Of a DNA stretch of 41,884 nucleotides, positions 10,655-22,609 are shown piece after piece. Below the pieces are notes generated by a model, which was not told the origin of the DNA, did not search any database, and worked only from the letters and a program-made list of their open reading frames with translations. The DNA comes from Nemertoderma westbladi (lineage: Eukaryota; Animalia; Xenacoelomorpha). The stretch is from contig JAUCBJ010006715.1 in the NCBI GenBank assembly GCA_032718475.1, positions 1-41,884 on the forward strand. The letters are read 5' to 3'. Positions within the stretch are counted from its first letter, which is position 1. Each line of letters opens with the position of its first letter. The position numbers and the translations under genes are program-made.

Positions 10655-13600
10655 TCAATTAATTATTTCTCCCATGTTGTTGTACCAAATAATTCTCGCG
10701 ATTTCAGCGAAAGCCGATGGGTGTTTGCGGATAGTTTCTGGCGTGTGATCACGAGTGTCATTATACGATTCCTTAAATGTAATAAAAACGTAGTTAATAA
10801 TCATACAATTCATACCGGTATTATATATATGGTAAGTACATTATTATATCTATTTGTTGTAAGTCACTTTTTTAGTCAAAGTCGTTAACAAGTTTGACAT
10901 AAAAAGTATAATATTTTTGTTCTAGAAAACTTTTCTTTGTTCTAGAACACATTTTATATTTTTTATACTAGCTAGTTTTTTCTACTTTTTTATAAATGTT
11001 AAATAACAAGTGTTAGTTATCAATTTTGATAAATATTTCTGTTCTAGAACACATTTTTTTCTAGAACATTTTTTGGAATAAAATCCCTTACTACTGTCAT
11101 AAGGTCAAAAAAAATTTTTCTAGAAAAGAAACCTAACGATAAAAGCCATTTTATATGAAAAAAATTGGTCAAACTATGGGTACCCACGGTGTAGTAATGC
11201 CCGTATTTCAATATGGAAGAAACTTCGATGGACGATATTTATGCTGAAATAGGCCAAGATAAAAGTGAGAGAAGACTTACAAAAAATAAAACGACGTAAG
11301 TGGTGGCAAAAAGTAACATTTTTTTTGTCTTGTTTTCTTATTTGTCTCGGTACGCTCGCCAAATAATAACGCTCGTCAAAAAAAGCCAACTTTTTTTTGC
11401 CACCGGACTTAAATAGTTATTTTGTTATTAATTGTAAATTTCGCAGATAACAGCGGTTGTTTCAAAGAGGGGTTTCTAAGATAGATTCCTCTTCCCCGTA
11501 CTTAGTTCCAATTTAAGCCTCAAGCGAATTTAGTTCCACTGGAAACGAATTTAGTTCCAATTTTGGCGAACTTACAGTAGTTCCAATAACTAGAGAAAAA
11601 CGAAAACGAATTTAGTTCCAATGCATGCGAATTTAGTTCCAATGGATGCGAACTTAGTTCCAATGGATGCGAATTTAGTTCCAATGGATGCGAACTTAGT
11701 TCCAATGCAGCGAATTTAGTTCCAATGGAAGCGAATTTAGTTCCAATGTTTCAGGTGTGGGGCGAGCCACGTAGTTGGCTAAGAATCTGTTTAATGCCAC
11801 TATTAGGTTGATGGGTAAATACTAATTGTAAATAACTAACCCAAACAACGCAATCAATTATATTTAATAATTTAAAATGATATTCATAGTAAAAAAAACA
11901 ACGCCCAAGCTCTTAACCCAAACAACGCCCAACCTCCTAACCCAAACAACGCCCATCCACCTAAACCGATACAACTGGTAAATATTGTATTTGGTGTGAT
12001 AATGGCACAATGTGCATGACCTGAGTATATAGGCCTACTGTACTACTACAGTATACCGGTATAGACTTACTGTAGTCAGTCAGTCAGGCAGTATCAGTAT
12101 ACTCGTGATTAATACAGTATATATTTCAAAATGTGTAATTATACTTTGAATTCACTCATTAATAATAAATTCGTATTTAAAAAATGACAGAATGGTTTTA
12201 CAATTATTGTTGACCCTGCCCCACCTCCAAATAGTGGCAATACGAAAAGGCGTCGCCTCCTACGTGGCTAGCCCACGATTGAAACATTGGAACTAAATTC
12301 GCTTGCATTGGAACTAAATTCGCTTCCATTGGAACTAAGTTCGTATCCATTGGAACTAAATTCGATTCCATTGGAACTAAATTCGCATGCATTGGAACTA
12401 AATTCGCATGAATTGGAACTAAGTTCGTTTTGATATTCTGGGATTGGAACTAAGTTCGCCTCGATTGGAACTAAGTTCGCTTTATAAAATTTATTTTGGA
12501 ACTAAATGCGTTTCAATTGGAACTACTGTAAGTTCGCCTTTGAAAATGTGCGATTGGAACTAAGTTCGTGCTACCTCTAAGATAAGAATACAACAGCAGT
12601 CCAATAAAATACTTTCAGTCTTACCGCAGTGAATGGATAGCTTATTATCAACCAACCACTCATACAGAATTCTAGAACTGCACGTAAATGAACTGGGAAA
12701 TATGGACAGGATAATTATGGAGAAAATTAGAGCACTGTCTTCGGCATATAAGATGAGCTTAAAATCGGGATCTATACTACTTATCATATAATTTAAAGCA
12801 TACAAAATGTAGAGGACCTAATACTACGTTGCGGTACACCACAGGTAATATCTTGTACAGTAGACTGCGATATGCTAATGACTAGGCCTACAGTTTGACC
12901 TCTATCTGACAGGTAGAACTGGAACCAGTCTATAGAACCTTCCCATCAGGCCTATCATAGACCCATCAGGCCTAACCTACCTAGCAGAATGTCATGATCT
13001 ACTGTACCAAATTCCTTTAACATTTCAGGCCCATACCCAAAGGCGAAGGCAGGTGCCCCACCGTAGGGTTTCGCCTATGAATTTTATGGAAGACAATTTT
13101 ACTTCATTAGTAATAATTTTACATTTTACACACCCATTTTCTGGTTCCATGCGTCTTCATTAAATATTGATTGTCCCACTGTCAATACTCTATGTAATGT
13201 ACTTGTAATAGGCTGCAGTACACAGTACTGTTATTGCACTGTTACAGTGTACACATCCTTGCAGTAATCAAACACCGGTACATATTAAACTCAGATTGGA
13301 ATTTACTTTCATTTTAACTACCTACTGTAGGCCAACACTGTTACTACAGTACAGTACTGTACCCTTACAGCAGTCATCGAACTATAACCGTAACATCGAA
13401 CAATACTCCAGTAAAGTGTACGTACCTGTAGATTGTTTTGTGTATTATTACCAAAAGGAATGTTCCTCTACACAACTCTCCCCCGCCTTTTATGTGTTGT
13501 GCTCTGTATACAAATGGTGAACGGATAGCGGACTGTACGGTACTGTTACTTTTGCTTTCTACTTACTGTCTTACTGTACACAATTAAATGTATTAATATG

Positions 13601-16108
13601 CATATAGCAGTATAGTGTCTGTCTAGTGCTAGTATGTTTTGTGTGCTGTTTAGTTGTAGTGTATCTTGAGTTGATGCTGGTAGAGTGGTAGTGTTAGTGT
13701 AGTCCTACGCTTTTTTTTAAGTTTTTCTATTTTTTTTTCAATTTCATAATTTTATAGGGTAAACGTCGAAACTGCGGAAGCATTCCGATGGAGGCATCAT
13801 CACTTATTTGCTTTGATTCTGGTTGTCTGGTATGATAGGTGCAGATGATTTTGACGGAATTATTGGCGTCTTCCGCTCACAGAATCCGTGGCGATTAAAT
13901 AATGTTGTAATAAAAATATATTAAAATATTCTATACTAGAGTAGGGTTGATTTTTTAAATTTACCCTGATTTTCCCTCGCCTAACCAACTAAAAAAATCC
14001 TGGCTACGGGCCCAATACAAGTATTATTCTGCGTATGTATATTAATTAAGTATCGCTACTCAGCTACTTGACAGCGTGAGTTAAAATCATTCAAGTATCG
14101 CAATGCTGTCAAGTTCTACACAAAACGAAAAATTTATTGGATATAACTGTTAACTGCAATTACCTTAGCCAACGACTCTCTCCAGTTGTAGAACAGATGT
14201 AGTGCGGTGTAGTTTCTCCAAAGATTCCACTTTGGCTTGGAAACTGCCGTGAAGAGTCTCCCACAGATGCCGAGAGAGACTCCGAATTGTGAATCGGGCA
14301 CAGCATTCACGAGTTCTGGGTGTGGCAGTATCAGGTCTACGGTGGGAACTTCGCCTAACACATAACAAAGAAGGAACATTTTACCTGCACTATAAAATTT
14401 ATGTATTTTTGCCACGAGGGTCTATTATTACAGGCTGCCACACCATCCATCCCCCATTTTGCTAAAATGCTAAAAATTCCTCACAATCTTCATGAATGGG
14501 GGGATTGGTGTGATAGCTTCAGATGATGGCCCTAGTTATATTATAATGATGAATAAATCTTTGTTGCAGGTGAGGATGTACTGGTTGATTATGTTTGTTA
14601 AAAATTGCTGGATAAAAAGAGAGCGACTATGATACGTATAATCATCATTAAATTTTTCCAATTGATAATTTCTTGCCATTGCTGAATGCTGCAAAATGAA
14701 CATTCCATACTTTCACAGACTCTTATTTTTATTGCTCTATTTCTAATATGAGCTCGTCATATTGTAATCATTACATTGTTGATAAGAAGCCGTTAGAAAA
14801 TATATAATAGCATTAGTTTTACTACTCACCCGCATTGTAGTACCACAAACTATCATCAAACTTCGATTCATACGTCGCCAAATATTGCCGCATAAATGAG
14901 TCACCGGGCGGGCACACCAATATCTGATTGCCAATGAATGCTTCAGGGTCTACATCCCTTGGCAACCCTATTGAACAGACATTGAGGGATCTGAACCTCT
15001 GGAAACTATTAACCACTAGTACGTCGTTATCCAGATAGATTCCCCCTTCCGCTATCAATAGCTGGATTCGGAATATATCAGAAGCGTGTTGCACAACCCC
15101 TACTGGTTTCCCCGATATTTCTGTTGGTTTTTTAGCCGCGACAACCTAAAAAGTGGAGTGAGATAAACTTTTAGAGCCAAACTACTCACTCTCCTCAACC
15201 GGTAGCCATAACTAAATGGGTACGGAGCAAACTTTGCCCACATCCAATCTTCGCCCGGAGCAATCTTCGCTATCAAAATGGGTGTTAACAACATCGTTTA
15301 TTGCTTTGGTTAGAAAAAGCCGTCTCTGTAACCTGATCCTTTCTCACAATCGGGTGAAGGATGGACGTGGGCGAAGATGGCACTCGATCTAACTAAGTTA
15401 CACAGTTGTAAAGTATATGAACGCCCTCATTAAAGTAGATGTGCTTGAAATTTATATTGCTTAAAATTACCTCACCAATATATATTTGCATTGATTATAT
15501 TGCGATTAATATGGCGTCCCTACATGTCCGTTGTCGTTGATATACTTTATCTACTTTGTACATTAAATATCCACTTATCAACAATATCAACTAAAGGCCG
15601 GTTTACACATGGCAACTTTTTGAGCAACTTTGTCGGCAACCTGGGTTTCTCTTGCTCTACAAGTTGCTTTAAACGTTGCCATGTGTGAATCGGCCGTTGC
15701 TTTTATCAAATATTATATTAAAGATAGGTAATAATTTTAAATATTAATGCTAACACTTATTCGCTTTCCAAGTCTGCGTGATGCCTCCATCCAATAAGGT
15801 CCAGTCAATTGCACATTGGTGTGAATTTTAATAACAGTAGGATTAATGTTTCGGGAGGCTGCCAGAATGCAGAGAGCCATAGGAAATGAAATATTCCCGT
15901 TATCGAACTGAACAAAGTGGACAACATTCGGGACGTAACCCTTGTCGTAAGTCATCCATAAGATGTTTAGGTTGAATGAGTCGTTAATGAGGCTTTTTGG
16001 TATTTTGATAATGACCAAGACGAACACGAGACTTATGAGGATAGTTTTAAGACCCAATCGTCTTTGCAAGCAATTTAATATTGATCTAATGATATTATTC
16101 ATCATCAT
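10655..16108 (-). CDS. GT32-family alpha-1,4-glycosyltransferase (A4GNT/A4GALT-like), 4 coding exons 16108-15755, 15145-14830, 14354-14164, 10771-10655, about 325 aa
   Basis: Type II TM anchor, VPNVVHF, HASDIFR, GGIYLDND (DXD motif), WYYNAG, C-terminal PETIRKHPSAFAEIARIIWY. All three introns are GT-AG with compatible phases 0/1/0, and the spliced frame is open to TGA. Confidence 0.88.
11495..12570. repeat. Foldback element with inverted arms of a 21-bp minisatellite (GAATTTAGTTCCAATGnnnnC), in GT32 intron 3
   Basis: Forward array at about 11495-11750 and reverse array at about 12280-12570. Inner unique inverted repeat AGCCACGTAG / CTACGTGGCT. Confidence 0.85.
12600..13030 (-). pseudogene. 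CR1/L2-type LINE reverse-transcriptase fragment
   Basis: Degenerate WF..YLSDR.Q, CGVPQ, LILYAEDSAL (YADD motif) and WLVDNKLSIH..KTESIL. Confidence 0.75.
15596..15695. mobile_element. 100-bp MITE (PIF/Harbinger-like GGCC ends) in GT32 intron 1
   Basis: GGCCGGTTTACACATGGCAAC / GTTGCCATGTGTGAATCGGCC near-perfect palindrome. Confidence 0.7.
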
Positions 16109-16715
16109 ACATATTTTAAGTAGATCATGACCTAACTCCTTCACTGTGTAATCTAAATATCTAATCACGCTGTGAATAATCTCCGATTTTGTTTGTTCAG
16201 TGGGATCATGTTTGCGTCTAACATGCACATGTTTTTTGTAATTAGGATTGAGACATATAGGTTGTCCTGTGGTGTCACGTTTGGTTTGCCCAACGCTGAT
16301 ACGTTTCTATTTGTGTTTTTTAGATCGAACCATAATATAGGTTGTGCACAGAGTGGTTTACTTGGAACAGTATGGGTGTACTAAGTACAATAATCTTGGC
16401 AACCTCATCGATTTATACTAAGCCTGTGTAGAAATGCATTACATAAGCCATTTATCATCACGACACCAGCTGTTATTGGTGTTATTAGGAACCGACAGGT
16501 TACTTTCTGTAAGAATTGTTCGATGATTGATTGATTGATTGACTGGCTGGCTGGCTGATCTACAGCGAAAACTACTTTAACGATTTTGATGTTTGGGTGG
16601 TCAAACGCTGATATGTTTGTAAGTCACATGACCCATGTCATCGACCCCCTGCCCCTGCCAGCCCATAGGTGCAATAGGATCGAAACGTAACTGTTTGTCC
16701 AACCAGTAGCTCCGA

Positions 16716-16791
16716 CCAATCAGGGACGAGCTATGACCAATCTGCATTCAGAGCGTTCCGATCCCGATTTGCATAATGTCTGGCTATAAAA
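16716..16791 (+). promoter_or_regulatory. Pol II promoter, probably the 5' LTR U3 of the BEL element
   Basis: CCAAT at 16716 and 16737, octamer ATTTGCAT at 16767, TATAAAA at 16785, upstream of the BEL gag remnant. Confidence 0.6.
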
Positions 16792-16999
16792 GGGCCTGTT
16801 TTCTCATTTTCCTTACCTTCTTGCATCTTCACCCTCTGCTTGCGGTAGCCCCTGACTTTTACAATAGTAAAAGTTTTTATATTTTTAACGGCATTTTTAT
16901 CTGTAAATAGTATTTATGTATTTTCTGCAATTTCTGTAATATATTTTAATTTATTACTGATTATAACAATATAATATATAGTTCCGGCAGTTCTCAATG

Positions 17000-19900
17000 A
17001 CTTCAACCTTGTTTTCTTCTCAACTCCCCATCCCATACAGTCCACTTCATCGCATGCTAACGGGAGGTGTCTAATCGCCCTCTCACTTGATAAGACCCGA
17101 CAGAAGAGGCGCATTCTCCCCCTCTCCTTCTCCCAACTCTGCGCCATTCCTTACACTAAGGACCGGATCTCAGACTTCGATAGGACACACTATGAAGAAC
17201 TAAACCGAATCTACCCTCAGAGGATGCAAGAGGTCAACAAAGGGCGCTCTAACTGCTCAGCTAAGGACATTCTAGCTCTAACCCTGGAAACCCCTGATCT
17301 ACAGGTTCATGTTCTGCTACACCTGGCCAGGTTGCAGCAACACAAGGCCATGCTCCTTGATGATTTCGATCTTCTCCTCTTGAAGACTGTTGACGAGGAA
17401 TCTGCTGAACTTCTCTCAGATGAGTTGGAATCTGAACACGACCGGATCCTTGACTTGGAACTCCAACTGGCTCATTTCCAGAAACTCGCCACCAATGCTG
17501 TCCCTTCGGTCCACCCCGACAACGAGTCCCTCGCAGCCTCGTCAGCCGTCGGTGTGAAAGCCCTGATCTCAGCTAGTACGCTGCTGAAACTCTCTCCCAA
17601 CCTTCTTGGGAGACCCATTGGACAGGCGCCAGTATCATGAACAGTTTACCATCTTGGTTGACTTCGACAATTGGACCATCCCGGCGGTCGCAAAGTTTGT
17701 TCACCTGTGCAACTCTCTTCGGGGGCCCACCCTTGCGGCTGTACAGGGGATCAAGTGTGGGAGTGGTGCCTATGTAGCAGCCACCAAGGAACTTGTCAGT
17801 CGATTCGGCGAGCCGAACGTCCTCATCACCCTCTACAGTCAGCATCTTATCAATGCACCCGCAGTCTCGGACATCCAGACCAGCTCCGCGCCTTGGTCGA
17901 CAGCTTCACATCCTCTGTTCGGGAGATGCAGTCACTCTTTGAGGAGATTGAGACTCATGGACTCAATGGAGAAATGGCCCCCAGCGCCTTCTCCACCAAA
18001 CTCACCAGACTGCTTCTAGCTCCTCAGCTTATGGCAAAGCTACCCAAGTCCATTGTCTTGTAGTGGAACCAGAGGAAAATGGACCGCACCCCATGATTCA
18101 TCACAACCCTGGCGCCCTTCTGGTCTTGGTGAAGACTGAACTGGAGGGCCTGGAATTTTACAAACAGTCTAGAGAGTGTCCCAAGCAGCCGGAGTCCAGA
18201 CCAGTGCTGCCGAGGCCTTCACCTCACAAGCCCTCGGTCACCTTTGCATCGAGGTGTGCGTGCCCCTTCTGATAGAGACGGCGGTCGATGCATAGCCGCA
18301 TTTCAGGAGCAGTGCCTCTGCATCAACTGCCTCTCTCCTGACCACTTCTCAGCCGCTTGTTCTCGTTGTCCTGGTTGTCGGTCGTGCTCCTCCAAGCACC
18401 ATGGTCTGCTCCATGGCGAACTCCACGCCCCTCAAGATGGATGCCGTAAAGTGACTAACCCCTCCCTGAACCCCACTGCTTCTGAGTTACGTCCACCACC
18501 AGTCAAGACGAACCCTAACTGCTCTCAACCCGGTGTTGCGCACCTACTGACTGCTGTGGCTACTGCTCACCATCCAAGGCGACCCACCGGCCAGTCGATC
18601 CATATTCTCTTCGATTCGGGCTCCAAAGAATCCTACGTTACTCAGGACCTCACCGAGTATCTCGGTCTCCCAACCCAGGAGGTTGCTTCTTTCGCCTCAG
18701 AGGCGTTCAGCAGTCTGATCTCACCAGTGACACAGTGGCAGAAGGTCCATATCGTGCTCTGCAAGGGGAGCTCCATTCTCAATGCCAGCCAGCGCTTGGG
18801 TGGTCGACACCATATGTTCTCCACTCAGCCCACAGAACCTCCAGGATTCCTACTGGCTGACCATCGACCTCACTGACCCAGACCCTTCGGTTCATCAACC
18901 CACCGATTTCCTCCTTGGTGCCGACCTTCTTCTGAAAACTCTTCTTCCCAGGATACAGGTTGAGGATGGAGTGTTGGCTCAGAACTCGATCTTCGGCTGG
19001 ACTCCACTCGGTCGACCCTCACCCAAGAACGCTGCTGTGTCATGCACCTTCCGGGTCCACACGCGAGGCCTGGAGTCACTTTGGGATTTAGACACCTTTG
19101 GCATCGGATCAGACTCTGACGACCAACCCGTCATAGTGTACATCTTGCCACCCTTGGTGGACAATCATTATGAGATTATGGATGCCCTGGATAGATGATC
19201 GCAGGACAGCTAACAACTACAACTGGGTTCCCCCATGCAGGTTGAGCCTCAATCACCTGGAAGGACTGGAACAGCTGGAGTAATTGGGGTATCTCGAGCG
19301 ACCTCATATCCTCCTCCCAATGCTTACTACCTCCCACACCATGCTATGGTGGAGCATGGCAATACTCGGGTGGTCTACGACTGTTCTAGGAAGTCTCCCA
19401 ACAGTCTCTCGATTAATGACTGTCTGAGGACTGGGCCCAACCTTGTATCCCTTCTGTTCAGCGTCTTGCTTGGTCATTGCCTTCGATTCTGCCTTCATCC
19501 CTGTGTGGCGATTGGGGATACCGTTAAGGCGTTTCACCAGATTTCAATCACTAACTTCGAACACTCCTCCCTCTGCGTTCAGTCAGTGGAAGCAGATACT
19601 GAAGAAGGTTTACAAACTCACAGATGACTGGGATGTGGAGGTCCCAAGAGAGATAAGTAAACTATGGGATAAGTGGAAGAGGGATCTGGAAGATATGGGA
19701 ACATTAGTATGTCACGGGTATACTTCCCAGATAGAGACATGACCAAGTTGGAACTACACATGTTATCCGATGCATCCCTAGAAGCATATGGTGCAGCGCT
19801 TTATTTGGTGCCGCAGAAGGTGACTCACAAGCCCAGACTAGCATTTAGCAAAGCGAGGTCAATACCGCCGGATTCAGCTTCAGTACCAAAGTTGGAACTT

Positions 19901-21543
19901 ACAGCTGCAAGGTTGGGGGTAAGAGTGACACCGTATTTGGAGGATGTTATACCAAGCATAGTAGAGACACACTATTGTTCAGATCCCATGGTGGTACTAG
20001 GATGGATACATAAGGAGAAGACGCACTATCCCATATTTGTAGCAAATCAAGTCGATGAGATAAGAGCAACAACAAACTTGGATAAGTAGCACTACTGCCC
20101 AACGGATGATAATCCAGCGCACTTGCTCTCGAGAGATGTAGTACGCCATGCTTTCTCAGGAAAGCAAGAGTTGTGGCAGCATGGTCCACACTTCCTCAAT
20201 GATAGGTCGAAATGGCCACCGATGAGGAAGATTGATCCAAAATGAGAAGAAACAATAACAATGGAGGTTGAGGGAAACGAATCGGAGGGTGAGGAGATAT
20301 TTAGCCAGTTGGTGAGGGAGATCAGTGAAGCGCCACTACATGTCACCAAGACAGACACAGATGAAAATCCAACAGATAAGTTGCTCAGTTACAGCTCTAG
20401 CTGGTATAAAATGAAGAATCTAGTAGCATACATGAGAGCCTTTGGCAAATTCGTTGGGGGAGCCGATACAAACGGGAAGCATAGACCGACCATTGATCTG
20501 GAGGGAGCAGCCAAAGCCGTAATATGTTACGAGCAGGGGAAGGCATACGGAGACGAGATCAAGTTGATTAACAACTGAGAACGACTCCGGTAGGACTTCA
20601 AGATACATACATTGTCGCTACAATTGGACAATGACAGCATCCTGGTGATGAATTCCAGGGTAGCCAATGACACCAGAGCCTTGGTCCCATCGGAACCGAT
20701 AATAATTACCCAAAAGTCAACCAGATCATATGTGACTCCCATAAAACCATAGTACACGGCGGATCCAACGCAACCCTTAACGAGATACAGAGGATGTATT
20801 GGGTCAACCAACTGAGGAAGATGGTGAAGTCAGTGGCAGGACAGTGTCAAACTTGTCAGCAGATGAGGAAGCCGAGGGTCATACAGGAGATGGCACCATT
20901 ACCGGAAACGAGGATGGCGCACCACATAACGCCATTCACATATAGCAGTGTGGATATGTTTGGTCCGATAAAGATCAAAGTGATGCGGCACACGGAGAAA
21001 CACTACAGGATAATCTTTGTTTGTAACAACTCAAGGGTGGTAGCGATAGAACTGGCGCAGGATGCAGTGACATCGTCGGCATTTATAAATGCATTGGAGC
21101 GATTCATAACCCAAAGGGGTGGAACTACAGTCACAGACACAGACTTTGCTCTATGGTGCTCTATTCAGACAATGGGACCAACCTCATTGGAGCGGAGAAT
21201 GAGTTGGTGGAGGCCTTTGACATTCTGGAGGAAGAAGATGTAAAGGGAGCAATGAGGAAACACCTTATAATGTGGGAAAGGGGGACACCACACACGCACC
21301 ACACATGCTGGGATGCATAGAATGCCTGGTCAGAAGCAGTAAGTGGCTAATGACGACGCTTCTCAACAACCACATGGTGATGGAGGATGTACTGAGGACA
21401 GTGCTGGCAACATGTGAAGGGGTAATCAACAGCCGACCACAATGTCCCTTGAATGATGATCCAGAGTCCATGGAGGCTCATACACCAGCGCACCTACTAA
21501 GGGAGAGGCCAGCAGAAGTAGACATGGAATACATTGACAAAGA
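17000..21543 (+). mobile_element. Degenerate BEL/Pao LTR retrotransposon gag-pol (left part)
   Basis: Gag, Zn knuckles CINCLSPDH..C / CRSC..KHHGLLH, protease LFDSGS, RT start YYLPHH..RVVYDCS..SINDCL.TGPNL, RNase H LHMLSDAS..AYGA / PKLEL.AA, integrase C..C, VDMFGP, SDNGTN. Many stops and frameshifts. Confidence 0.93.
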
Positions 21544-21920
21544 CAGGAGCCCTTAAAATTGCTAGAATCACTATTACCTGATTGGTTTTAAACTGGGTAC
21601 CTAGCAACGGCATCAGCTGGTTTCAAAATGCCATATTGCTGATATGGTGACAGGAAATAGTGCGGGTTTTGCGTCCAGTTTCCCCCCCTGTCTCTGAATA
21701 GAATACACAATTAAAATGATTTAATAGCTGTGCAGTATAACTTTATTAGTTTTGGGCATCGTGTTAAGGGTGGTAGGGAAATCCTAGCCTTTATATTTTT
21801 CGTAATTACGATCTAATTACTCTCCTCATCTCATGACATGGTTGCTCTGGCAATGGAATAAAACATCGACATCATCTGCATCCAAGAACATCGGATTTGT
21901 CATGAAGACACTGCCATGAA

Positions 21921-22278
21921 CATGCCCACTTTTTATATCTCACCACGTATCTTTTATTACAGTCGCTGCCATTTATTGCCTCTCAAAGTCTTCTATCCCA
22001 GAATGCTACTGCTACACTATTCGGCTGACCATCAATTATATCTTATACAATAAAGCTCAAAAACCAGACAAATTCTAGAGGAGCAGACACGCCCACCCAC
22101 ACCCCCCCCCCCCCCCACCCCACCTCCAACCCATCAATTTCCTGTCGGAGTAGCAGGCTATACTAGCTTCGCTATTGTCTGCTACTTCGTCATCACCATC
22201 ACCTTCATCCAATGTTTGTATTGATATGATTGTATAGGAAATTGTTGAAAGGAAAAATAAAATTGAATTGAATTGAAT
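21921..22278 (+). mobile_element. 5'-truncated LINE 3' end with AATAAA + (ATTGA)n tail, inside the RTE endonuclease
   Basis: Tail at 22255-22278 and short TGAA duplication; host reads EDTAM|KYNDIG after removal. Confidence 0.6.
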
Positions 22279-22587
22279 TGAAGTACAATGACATTGGAAA
22301 TGGATGGACGTTAGTAACAAGCTCAGCAGTAAGAATCTCGGCCAATGCATCAATTGGTGGAGTAGGAATTCTGCTAAGCCCATTTGCACTTAAGACCCTA
22401 AACAACATCGAATCTATAAATTCCAGGGTTATGATTGTGATTATTAAGTTTATGACTCACTTATTATCATTGCTGTACCGGTACTGCTGTATTATGTTGA
22501 TTGACTGACTCACCTATTATCGTTAACTATATTATATTTCACAATGGTTATTATTATTACAATATGATGTTATATAAATTTAAAACA

Positions 22588-22599
22588 TGGTAGCAGAGC
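22588..22599 (+). promoter_or_regulatory. tRNA-iMet primer-binding site
   Basis: TGGTAGCAGAGC immediately after the LTR; the known GalEa PBS. Confidence 0.9.
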
Positions 22600-22609
22600 G
22601 TAAACAATA

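Noticed and set aside
11495-12570. CRISPR-like array
   Set aside because: Units are contiguous 21-mers with only about 5 variable bases; no spacers, no cas genes, eukaryotic intron context.
15330-15390. Possible extra GT32 exon
   Set aside because: Contains a stop if read through, and exon 1 splices in phase directly to 15145.
16109-16228. N-terminal extension of GT32 in the ORF track
   Set aside because: Begins at a GTG; the first in-frame ATG is 16108.
21674-21688. TCCAGTTTCCCCCC shared with the start of LTR A
   Set aside because: Short, low complexity, and no convincing extended alignment.
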